From IMG/VR virus record IMGVR_UViG_3300018080_000098, positions 1-64,000 of that record: a stretch of 64,000 bases of DNA, one strand, 5' to 3'. A program made the position numbers and the translations under genes. Shown here one piece after another: positions 19,650-27,149 of the stretch. Every line of letters begins with the position of its first letter. Position 1 is the first letter of the stretch. The notes beneath the pieces were generated by a model, which saw only the letters and a program-made list of their open reading frames with translations, ran no database searches and had not been told where the DNA came from.

Positions 19650-19982
19650 CTAGTGCCCATGCCCATGATGCCCACCACCACCACCCATCAGATGGGCCAT
19701 GTTGTGCTGGTGTACGAAGTTGGCCTGCGTCTGCGCCTGACCCATCGCCTGGCGGAACGCAGCACTGTTACGCTCCTGGAGCTTCGCCAACACACACAGG
19801 TCATACATCCCCTGCGGAAGTTGCGCCCCCACCACGCGGAACGTACCGTCGGGCTGCTTCACGATACGAGCCTGCCCCCGGGCCAAAGCATCCTCGATCT
19901 CCCGGAGCGCTCGCTTACGCTCCTCTTCCAGCCTCTGCCTCTCAGCCTCTGCCATCTTTCTTGCAATCACGTCACACGGCAT
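19650..19982 (-). CDS. Small hypothetical protein upstream of the AAA ATPase
   Basis: MPCDVIARK...; Gly/His-rich C-terminus. Confidence 0.7.
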   Translation of the reverse strand: MPCDVIARKMAEAERQRLEEERKRALREIEDALARGQARIVKQPDGTFRVVGAQLPQGMYDLCVLAKLQERNSAAFRQAMGQAQTQANFVHQHNMAHLMGGGGGHHGHGH

Positions 19983-20299
19983 TTTCTTTCTCCTGTGGTC
20001 TCTGTTTCCGTTTCTCAATCACGCATCAAATATAATGCCGCCGCGTTTTTTCGTCAATCAAATATTTTCGATCACGAATTTTTTTGCCCCTTACTCCCCC
20101 TACTAAACTATCACACCCGCAACCTTCCACCTACTACCCCTCCCCTTCGACGTTCGGTTTAACCAAATATCCATTTCCGAATTCGGACAAATCGGGTCCG
20201 ATTATTTCGGTGTAAAATATCACACGCTTTACGAAGCCTCAGAGGAAACCTGAGCTCGCTCTAGGTTAGTAGACCACCCCTTATTTTGTATAGAGAGAG

Positions 20300-20635
20300 T
20301 TACTCAGCGCAGAGGACCAGACCCTCGTCAGAATATTTCGAGTCGTAACAGCCACACTTATTGTAGCAGCGGGGGAGCACACACATGCGTTTGGTTTCCT
20401 TGGCCACGAGTGCCATGAGTGCAGCAGCATCCTCGTCGTTACCGATGCCCATCTTCTCTTTGAAGTAGGAGGCAGTCAAGTAACCTTCGGGTTGCATAAC
20501 CATGGACTTTCCACCACGACTTCCTCTGTTAGTCCAACAGAATAAAATCATCGGCCAGCCATCGCCGCGCTCCACTTCTCCGATGTAGCACTCGTACCTG
20601 CTACCGTTGCCGGGCATCCACTCGATAAATTTCAC
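20300..20635 (-). CDS. Hypothetical protein, paralog of 4064-4408
   Basis: Shared PGNG(S/T)RY motif. Confidence 0.7.
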   Translation of the reverse strand: MKFIEWMPGNGSRYECYIGEVERGDGWPMILFCWTNRGSRGGKSMVMQPEGYLTASYFKEKMGIGNDEDAAALMALVAKETKRMCVLPRCYNKCGCYDSKYSDEGLVLCAE

Positions 20636-21378
20636 AGGCTTTCTCCTTTCACGATCTTGTCCGCTTTCTTCGCCAGGCTACCGTGCGCCGGGAAGCCGAT
20701 GATTGCTTTGCGGTTGCCCTTGCCACAGACCTTGCAGTCGATACACTGAATGTTCTCGTCGAGGATCGCAGGGCACGTAATGACGTGTCGACCTTTCGGA
20801 GTCTTCAGGCGGCGAGGGGAATCCATCGGAAGGACGGTAACCACGGGGCCGATGTCCAGGTCTGCCAGAGCGTCTGCGTGCTCGAGGTTATCCCCCGACA
20901 GATTCACCACGAAGCCCAGGGCATTCATATCCCGGATCACTTCCAGGTTATGCTGGGCCACCGCAGGGGCGACCATCCCCTTGACGGGGAGGGGGGAGTA
21001 ATGCGTGTACGTGTAGCCGCCACGGTTACGCCCACCCGAACAGTTGGCCCTGGCCAGCTGCAGGCATCGCCCACGATGCAGTCTGTTATTGTACCCCGTC
21101 AGGTCACCAGACTGATTGTGCCGCCACGTAGTTACGTCATCACCCAAGGCTTTTACGCGCTCGCAGAACTCCGTGAAGCTCGTGCCGTTTACGAGCCAGC
21201 CTTTCCCCAACTTGTGCCACACGAGCCCAAGCCGTCCCACCCTGGCGTAGCACGCTTCGCGCATGCGGCAAGAGGAAGGACACGTACCCTTGTGTGACAT
21301 GGATACGGGAAGTTTTCCAGTCTTGCTGTTGCCAGATTTCGGGGTGAGAATAAATAGTTCTTTGTCGGGATGCTCCAT
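20632..21378 (-). CDS. GP88/DUF7227-like Cys-containing phage protein
   Basis: NSKTG...TCPSSC...CYA...RHNQSGDL...CPA...CIDCKVC. Confidence 0.7.
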   Translation of the reverse strand: MEHPDKELFILTPKSGNSKTGKLPVSMSHKGTCPSSCRMREACYARVGRLGLVWHKLGKGWLVNGTSFTEFCERVKALGDDVTTWRHNQSGDLTGYNNRLHRGRCLQLARANCSGGRNRGGYTYTHYSPLPVKGMVAPAVAQHNLEVIRDMNALGFVVNLSGDNLEHADALADLDIGPVVTVLPMDSPRRLKTPKGRHVITCPAILDENIQCIDCKVCGKGNRKAIIGFPAHGSLAKKADKIVKGESL

Positions 21379-21573
21379 TTTTGTTTCTCCGTTTCGTTGC
21401 TCCACCAATCAATTTAATTCGGTGGAACCAGCTTGTCAAGAAATTCAAATTGGACGAATCGGGTCCGATTATTTCGGTGCAAAATATCACACGCTTCACG
21501 GATACTCCAGGGTATTTTCCATTGCGCACGATAAGCTATTGCCCTCCCTATTTTGTATAGAGAGAGCTACCCT

Positions 21574-22122
21574 TTAATTGACGAGAGAAAGGGAAGGGGC
21601 TTTGCGGGAGCCGTCTTCCACGTCGTCGTCTTTGATAGCTACAGCGATGGCTACAGCGTCTCGGAAAGAACGTTCAGTGACGTAGCTTTCAGGCGCGGCA
21701 GCGTCCTCTGCACAGGCTTCTTGGTACGACATTTTGCACGGGCCTGTGTCCGACACTACGCGGCCTGTACGGTTATCTGCCATAGCTGTCCGCGTCAGGA
21801 TGTAGAGCTCGCCATCCTTGCTACCTGTATCGCACGAGGTCATGGTGAGGGCGAAGAGGTGGCTCTCTTCGAGCAGCCTTTGGAACCTTTCCAGGTTGCC
21901 GTTCCTGTTGTCGATAGAGGCAGCTCGAAGTCCGTTGATGTGTAGCTGGAGTTCTCCTGTGGATTCGTCTGGTAGGATGATCATGTTTTGGGGATCGAGT
22001 GAGAGGATCTCCAGGGTAGACCACAGGTGCTCCGGTAGTGTCACCATGACCACCGGGTAGACAGTCCCGGAAAACTGCTGCGCTTGTAAGTCGATGATGA
22101 CCTGTAGGATGTCGTCACTCAT
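21574..22122 (-). CDS. Hypothetical protein
   Basis: ATGA overlap with the upstream gene. Confidence 0.65.
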   Translation of the reverse strand: MSDDILQVIIDLQAQQFSGTVYPVVMVTLPEHLWSTLEILSLDPQNMIILPDESTGELQLHINGLRAASIDNRNGNLERFQRLLEESHLFALTMTSCDTGSKDGELYILTRTAMADNRTGRVVSDTGPCKMSYQEACAEDAAAPESYVTERSFRDAVAIAVAIKDDDVEDGSRKAPSLSLVN

Positions 22123-22673
22123 TGTGCGCCCGCTTCCGCAGCCCGACGTTCTTTCCCTCGGGCTACCATCTCTGCGGCTCGCTCTTCTCCATAACGAGCC
22201 TTCAGATCCTCATGCTCGGGAGTACCCGGAGTCTCGACCGCCTCGGCATAGCGTTGCATTTCCTTGAGCATCGCCACGTCCCGCTCGACCGTAGCCAGTG
22301 CCACAGTCTTTGCGAACCACACCGGGAACAGCTTGTACGACACGTAGCCGCTACCACTCTCGTAGTACGGGACCGGCTCGGGCCAAGTGATGTCCGGGTC
22401 CTCTTTGTCAAGGTAACCCGGGATGCGCTTCTCGAACGCCTTGACGTACACCTTTCGGTAGAAGTCCTCGAACTCCCTCCCGTCCAGCGCTTTGATCTCG
22501 GGAGCGCCCTCATCCTCCATGACCTCGGCAATCTCCCAGTACGCCTTCAGCAGCGCCCTGACGAGTGCCGACGTGTCGTAGCTGTCGAGGTCCGAGATTA
22601 CCGCGCGAAGCACGAGCTCCTTGATCTCCTCGAGTTCTACCGCCTCACGATAAAAGAAAAGTTCCAGTGCCAT
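22119..22673 (-). CDS. Hypothetical protein
   Basis: GAAACGGAG RBS. Confidence 0.7.
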   Translation of the reverse strand: MALELFFYREAVELEEIKELVLRAVISDLDSYDTSALVRALLKAYWEIAEVMEDEGAPEIKALDGREFEDFYRKVYVKAFEKRIPGYLDKEDPDITWPEPVPYYESGSGYVSYKLFPVWFAKTVALATVERDVAMLKEMQRYAEAVETPGTPEHEDLKARYGEERAAEMVARGKERRAAEAGAQ

Positions 22674-22694
22674 GCCGTTTCTCCGTTTCCCCGG

Positions 22695-23036
22695 CTACTG
22701 CCGGTCCTTGTACGCTTTGGCCAGGAATGCCCGGTAGCCCTTCCAATCATGCACTATGCACGGGGCCTCGTCCAGCCAGAGAGGGCTCTCACGCTTACGC
22801 CACTCGCGAGCTTTCTCCATCTCCTCTTCATCGGCGTAGCCTTTTTCACAGGTACACACAACAGGCTCCTTGCGGACTGTCCTGCACCCACTGGCGAAAA
22901 GTGCCTTCACGAGTATGTCGTACTCATTCTCGAACGCCACCATGATCGCCGCCTTGCCCAAGTTGTCACCTGTCCCGATGACAACAATCGCCTTGCGGTC
23001 CAAGCACAGAAGTTCGTAGAGAGTCGGGTCATTCAT
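22695..23036 (-). CDS. Hypothetical protein
   Basis: GAAACGGAG RBS, after a promoter. Confidence 0.7.
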   Translation of the reverse strand: MNDPTLYELLCLDRKAIVVIGTGDNLGKAAIMVAFENEYDILVKALFASGCRTVRKEPVVCTCEKGYADEEEMEKAREWRKRESPLWLDEAPCIVHDWKGYRAFLAKAYKDRQ

Positions 23037-23103
23037 CTCGTTTCTCCGTTTCAAAAATCGTGATCACAAAATATCAAATCGACTTGACGTCGTCAAGTAT
23101 TTT

Positions 23104-23715
23104 TCACGGCCGCTTCCAAATTACTTCGCCGTCGCGCTCCACACGTAAAAGGTAGTTGTACATCTGAGGACGCGGTAGCTTGCTGCGCCCAAGACAATCA
23201 TCTTCCACTAACGCACTTTTGCCGTTGTTGTACACTCCCAGTAACGTGAGGACTTCTTCGTTGCCCATCCCGCCAAAGCACGAGAGCACGAGCTTGTCCC
23301 CCTTCTCCAAATCTTCCGCCAACGGTACTGAACCAGCTTTGGCAGCAGCTTCTTGAAACTCCTTGTCAAAGTAGATAGAATGCCAACGCCGGACGACTGC
23401 TTCAGCCTTGGTGTTGTCTACAGGACGGCCGTCTCTACGCTGGCCAAGCTTCGGGTGCTCCAGGAAAACAATGCTGCACGCACGATTCTTTTCGTACCAC
23501 AGCTTCCCTCCCCAGAACTTTCCCAGGTACATCGCGTGCCGCGTAAGATTGCCTTCGGCCCAGGAAAGTGAAACGCTCAACCCACCATGTTCCGCGGTCC
23601 CATACCACGTTACCCCGCGCTCCAATTGTTGGGAATATTGCGCACGACCCCAGGGAGTAGAAGTTCCTTTGCCTTCCTCGAATCCTTTAATGTCCGCTAC
23701 TTCCACTGTGCTCAT
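23104..23715 (-). CDS. DUF7007-like hypothetical protein
   Basis: TPWGRAQ...TAEHGGLSV...WYE; start reassigned to MSTVEV after GGAGG. Confidence 0.7.
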   Translation of the reverse strand: MSTVEVADIKGFEEGKGTSTPWGRAQYSQQLERGVTWYGTAEHGGLSVSLSWAEGNLTRHAMYLGKFWGGKLWYEKNRACSIVFLEHPKLGQRRDGRPVDNTKAEAVVRRWHSIYFDKEFQEAAAKAGSVPLAEDLEKGDKLVLSCFGGMGNEEVLTLLGVYNNGKSALVEDDCLGRSKLPRPQMYNYLLRVERDGEVIWKRP

Positions 23716-23939
23716 CACAACCTCCAGCAGTTCGCCGTCCGACAACACATATTATGCACAGCAACTTTACGTTGTCAAGTGAAATCGAATTTTATTAGTT
23801 CGAGTGCGAAATATCACGCAAATAGCAGCTACATACCCGTAGCTGGTACTACAACAGGGCTTGGTTATCCGAACCAATAAAATCGGTCATTGCTCAATTT
23901 TGCCCTGCTCGGCCAGCTGGCTCACGTGATTACAGGTAC

Positions 23940-24323
23940 TTAGTGGGTCCCGTTGAGTTCGCGGTTCACTTGTCTGACTACCATTTTCGCTTCTAGGTGA
24001 CCCAGGTCCCCCAACGCTACCAGCAAAACAGACCAAATCACGAAATGTGTGTGAGTAGCCATCAGCCGTTTGGCTGCGCGGCGTCCAGCTATTAGCTCGT
24101 CTCTATCTATCTGGACGGAAACCGTCTTGCGCTCACGCTCATCCGTTACCCATTCTGGGAGTAGCTTCAGACTCTTCTCGTGCTCAAGGATTCCGTGTGC
24201 CGCTGCGTTAGCTGCCGAGACGTAATATTCACCAATCCTTTTACCTGTCTTCTCAGCAGCTTGCTTCACCATTCGTCTGGTCAACAAAGGAATACGCATG
24301 GATATGGCTTGATTATTCTGCAC
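23940..24323 (-). CDS. Putative tandem ribbon-helix-helix DNA-binding protein
   Basis: Two beta-alpha-alpha-like segments: AISMRIPLLTRRMVKQAAEK and TVSVQIDRDELIAGRRAAKR. This is an inference from pattern only. Confidence 0.5.
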   Translation of the reverse strand: MQNNQAISMRIPLLTRRMVKQAAEKTGKRIGEYYVSAANAAAHGILEHEKSLKLLPEWVTDERERKTVSVQIDRDELIAGRRAAKRLMATHTHFVIWSVLLVALGDLGHLEAKMVVRQVNRELNGTH

Positions 24324-24383
24324 GTAATCGACTCCTCGTAATATTGCCTAGCTCCCTCCATGATAATAAAGGACATTACATTG

Positions 24384-24647
24384 TCAAGTAGTTTCCTGAG
24401 CAATATACTCAGACAGCACCCTCCCATCCTTTTTCACGCGGAGCTCCGCCATATCGTACTTCACCAGATGGAATACTACTTCCACGTCGTTCCAGTAGAA
24501 ATGACAATCTGTGTACAAGGAGGCTTCCACGCGACGTACAGCTCGCTGTAGCGTCCGCGATAAAACAATATCCCCCTCGTCTGTCGTTAGATGGGTATGC
24601 TTGAACAGCTGTCGATTGACAACTTCTATACGGCGATTCTTGGGCAA
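24384..24647 (-). CDS. Hypothetical protein (start uncertain)
   Basis: ORF track 24384-24701, trimmed to avoid overlap with parB. Confidence 0.5.
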   Translation of the reverse strand: MPKNRRIEVVNRQLFKHTHLTTDEGDIVLSRTLQRAVRRVEASLYTDCHFYWNDVEVVFHLVKYDMAELRVKKDGRVLSEYIAQETT

Positions 24648-24649
24648 GC

Positions 24650-25519
24650 CTACTCGCCGTCCGCAACCTCGGTCAGCTTCAGCTTCAGCTTCCGAGTACA
24701 CGCCTTCAGCAGCGCCTCCCCGTCAGCCTCACCCGCGGCGAACGTGAGCGCCATGATCACCAGCTTCCGAGCATCCCCCGTGGGCACCGTGTCACCCTTC
24801 ATCTCGGACTGGTTCAGCCCCCGCATGATCTTCACGATGTCACGCTTCCCAGGACGACGGGCCATCCCCGTCACCTGCGCGGCAGCCTTGGCCGTCTTGC
24901 GCCGCTTGCCACCCGAAACCACGAGCACCTTGTCCAGCATCCTCTTCTGGTCCGCAGCCTTCACCTTCCGAGCGATGATCAGCCCAGCCTCGAGAGTCAC
25001 CTTCCCCGTGTCCACCGCGTCCTTCAGAGCCTTGCACGCTCCGGCCATCGTCGTCATCTGGTCCACCCAGCCGACACTCTTGTTGACCTTCACGCTGATC
25101 TCCTTCCCCGAAAACCCGCGCTTCTTGTACTCGCGCACCAGCGCCACCTTGTCCGTCAAGGTGAAGTCCTCTCGGTTCAGATTCTCCTTCACCGCCAGGT
25201 CGAGCGCCTCGTCCTCGTCCACGTCATGCACGATGACAGGAATGCGCATCTCCATCTCCGGGTCCTCGGAGAAAATCTTGCGTAGAGCACGAATGCGCCG
25301 CTCACCCGCAATCAGGATGAAAGGCTGCTCCGGGTTCGCCCGGTCACGCCGCACCCACAGCGGGTCCAGTACCCCGTTCTCCTTGATGTCCTCCGCCAGA
25401 TCCTCGATCCCCTCGAACACCGTTCGCGGGTTGAAACCATCGACCACCTGAATGCGCTCGGGGCTGTCCACCGAGTACGCATTCGACCGAAACACACCAT
25501 CCAACTTTCTCATCGACAT
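24650..25519 (-). CDS. parB: ParB/Spo0J-like partition protein
   Basis: NPR...IEDLAEDIKENGVLDPLWVR...LIAGERRIRA (Box II)...ENLNREDF, followed by an HTH. Confidence 0.9.
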   Translation of the reverse strand: MSMRKLDGVFRSNAYSVDSPERIQVVDGFNPRTVFEGIEDLAEDIKENGVLDPLWVRRDRANPEQPFILIAGERRIRALRKIFSEDPEMEMRIPVIVHDVDEDEALDLAVKENLNREDFTLTDKVALVREYKKRGFSGKEISVKVNKSVGWVDQMTTMAGACKALKDAVDTGKVTLEAGLIIARKVKAADQKRMLDKVLVVSGGKRRKTAKAAAQVTGMARRPGKRDIVKIMRGLNQSEMKGDTVPTGDARKLVIMALTFAAGEADGEALLKACTRKLKLKLTEVADGE

Positions 25520-25618
25520 TTAATCACCTCCGGTAATTTGTTTTCCGTCCGTTCACGCAATCAAATATAATTGCCGAACAATACAACGTCAAGTAAAAAA
25601 TCGAATTTTCTGTGCAGA

Positions 25619-25918
25619 TTATTTGGCGGCGAGAATACGCCGAGAAGGAAGGTCCGCGTAGACAGTGAAGCTTTTTGTTTGGCTTACAGGACGATAACCA
25701 CGATGTTTCATCGTGCGTGTGTTGACCAGGCGCTGGAACTTTTCCTTGCCAGTCTGGAACCCGAAGTCGCACATATCGTTCAGGTCATCACGCATAAAGC
25801 GTGGAGGCCATAGAAAGGAGCCCGGTGTGGGAGTAAACGTAAGCCCGAGATGTTGCTGGTAGTACCAGTCCACAATCCATTGGTTCTGCGTTTCACCAGT
25901 GAGGGCGTTGCGCAGCAT
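25619..25918 (-). CDS. Hypothetical protein
   Basis: ORF track; packed between its neighbours. Confidence 0.5.
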   Translation of the reverse strand: MLRNALTGETQNQWIVDWYYQQHLGLTFTPTPGSFLWPPRFMRDDLNDMCDFGFQTGKEKFQRLVNTRTMKHRGYRPVSQTKSFTVYADLPSRRILAAK

Positions 25919-25923
25919 CTTTA

Positions 25924-26331
25924 CTAGGTCATCTTGCTCCGCACGATGTGGATTATTTTGTCAGCTCGAGCCTTGAGCTTCCGAATGATCAGACGTTCAT
26001 CTTTCAGGCGCACGACGTTCAGGACGAACGAACTGAAGGCGATATCAAATTTTTCACCCAGCTTCGGTTCCTGTGTAGTGACGCTACCCTGCTGCCACCC
26101 GTTGCCATGAGTACGATGGTTGGGATCGTAAGCGTAGACCTTACAGCCCAATGCACGCAGGTAGTCTGCGTTGCGCCCGGATTTACCTGCGCCCCAGTCG
26201 AGCACGCGCGTACCTTTTTTGAAGAAGCCTTTCTTCGCGAGCCAGCGGATGGCTGGGGATGCTTTGCCACTGATAGACGTGGCACCCTTTTCTACGGCTG
26301 CGCCTTTATAGGCGCGTTTCTTTTTCGACAT
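25924..26331 (-). CDS. Small class I SAM-dependent methyltransferase
   Basis: VLDWGAGKSG motif I; YDP; FSSFVLNVV. Confidence 0.8.
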   Translation of the reverse strand: MSKKKRAYKGAAVEKGATSISGKASPAIRWLAKKGFFKKGTRVLDWGAGKSGRNADYLRALGCKVYAYDPNHRTHGNGWQQGSVTTQEPKLGEKFDIAFSSFVLNVVRLKDERLIIRKLKARADKIIHIVRSKMT

Positions 26332-26400
26332 GTGCGACCTCCGTTTCGCTACATCGAACGTAGCAAATCCGCATTACGACGTCAAGTGGAAACGGAATTT

Positions 26401-26598
26401 TTAGAGGCCGAAGAAGAGGGAAAGGTGGGAGTCGCTTCGACGTTGGAGCTCCTCTTTCGCAACATGGATAGCCAGGAGCTTTCCGTCGAAGTGGTCTGTC
26501 AGTGGTCGTAGAAGGTTTCCTGCTTCAAGCACCTTGACGATTTCCTCGTCGGTGTACTCGGTGAAAGAATCCCTTAGATGCTTTTCATACGCTGTCAT
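26401..26598 (-). CDS. Hypothetical protein
   Basis: GAAACGGAGG RBS directly after the tRNA-like RNA. Confidence 0.65.
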   Translation of the reverse strand: MTAYEKHLRDSFTEYTDEEIVKVLEAGNLLRPLTDHFDGKLLAIHVAKEELQRRSDSHLSLFFGL

Positions 26599-26633
26599 TG
26601 GTTGCCTCCGTTTCATTGGTGTTGGGTTGGTAG

Positions 26634-26758
26634 TGGAGCGCCAGGGATCGAACCTGGATCGGGTACGGAGCTTGCGAAACGGAGATGAAAGGCAAGCAGC
26701 CTAGGCGGGATCAGTTGTCGGACGGAAACCGCTACCCGATAGCCAAATCCTTCGCTCC
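26634..26758 (-). ncRNA. 125-nt tRNA/tmRNA-TLD-like RNA with anti-leader loops
   Basis: Acceptor-like stem GGAGCG/CGCUCC plus A; stemless D-loop AAGGAUUUGGCU; helix AUCGGGUA(G)CGG/CCGUACCCGAU; T-arm CCAGG-UUCGAUC-CCUGG; internal stem GCUUGC/GCAAGC; own promoter. Confidence 0.8.
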
Positions 26759-26766
26759 TATGTTCA

Positions 26767-26794
26767 AGTATAACTACTCGTTATTGGATGTCAA
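26767..26794 (-). promoter_or_regulatory. Near-consensus promoter TTGACA-N16-TATACT for the tRNA-like RNA
   Basis: -35 at 26794-26789 and -10 at 26772-26767; predicted start at 26759-26761, immediately before the stem's first G. Confidence 0.85.
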
Positions 26795-27124
26795 GTCTTT
26801 CCTCGGATTATTTTTCTTCTTTCTTTTCGTACGCTTAAACGACTTGTCGTAGGGTGCTCGGCAAGGCATCTCTGCGTAGAGCTCTTTGGCTTCTGCGCGG
26901 GAGATTTGGCACGCCAGGATGTGCCCCTTGATGATGCTGATGACTATGAAATATTTATCATCTTTCATGCGTCGTCGCACCCACACCAGGGCTGACGTGC
27001 TAGAGGAGTCCACGGCTATGTCTCGCCACTTGTCTCCTTCGGCGCCCTTCCAGTCTTCTCCTGTAAGGGAGGTCTGGTAGTTCAGGGGAGCCATCTCCAG
27101 CAGCTTATTTTTAGCGTTACTCAT
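26774..27124 (-). CDS. Hypothetical protein
   Basis: MSNAKNK...; basic tail. Confidence 0.65.
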   Translation of the reverse strand: MSNAKNKLLEMAPLNYQTSLTGEDWKGAEGDKWRDIAVDSSSTSALVWVRRRMKDDKYFIVISIIKGHILACQISRAEAKELYAEMPCRAPYDKSFKRTKRKKKNNPRKDLTSNNE

Positions 27125-27149
27125 ACAGCTACTTCTATTAAGTATGTTG

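Noticed and set aside
26634-26758. Canonical tRNA or complete tmRNA
   Set aside because: No anticodon arm or D-stem, a 6-bp acceptor stem, no G3-U70 and no tag reading frame; far shorter than a ~360-nt tmRNA.
26684-26851. Plus-strand ORF (MKGKQPRR...) using GAAACGGAG as its RBS
   Set aside because: The ATG directly abuts GGAG with zero spacing, no plus-strand promoter is evident, and the strong promoter and T-loop are on the minus strand. A plus-strand CsrA-sponge reading (three ACGGA sites) is not excluded but lacks a promoter.
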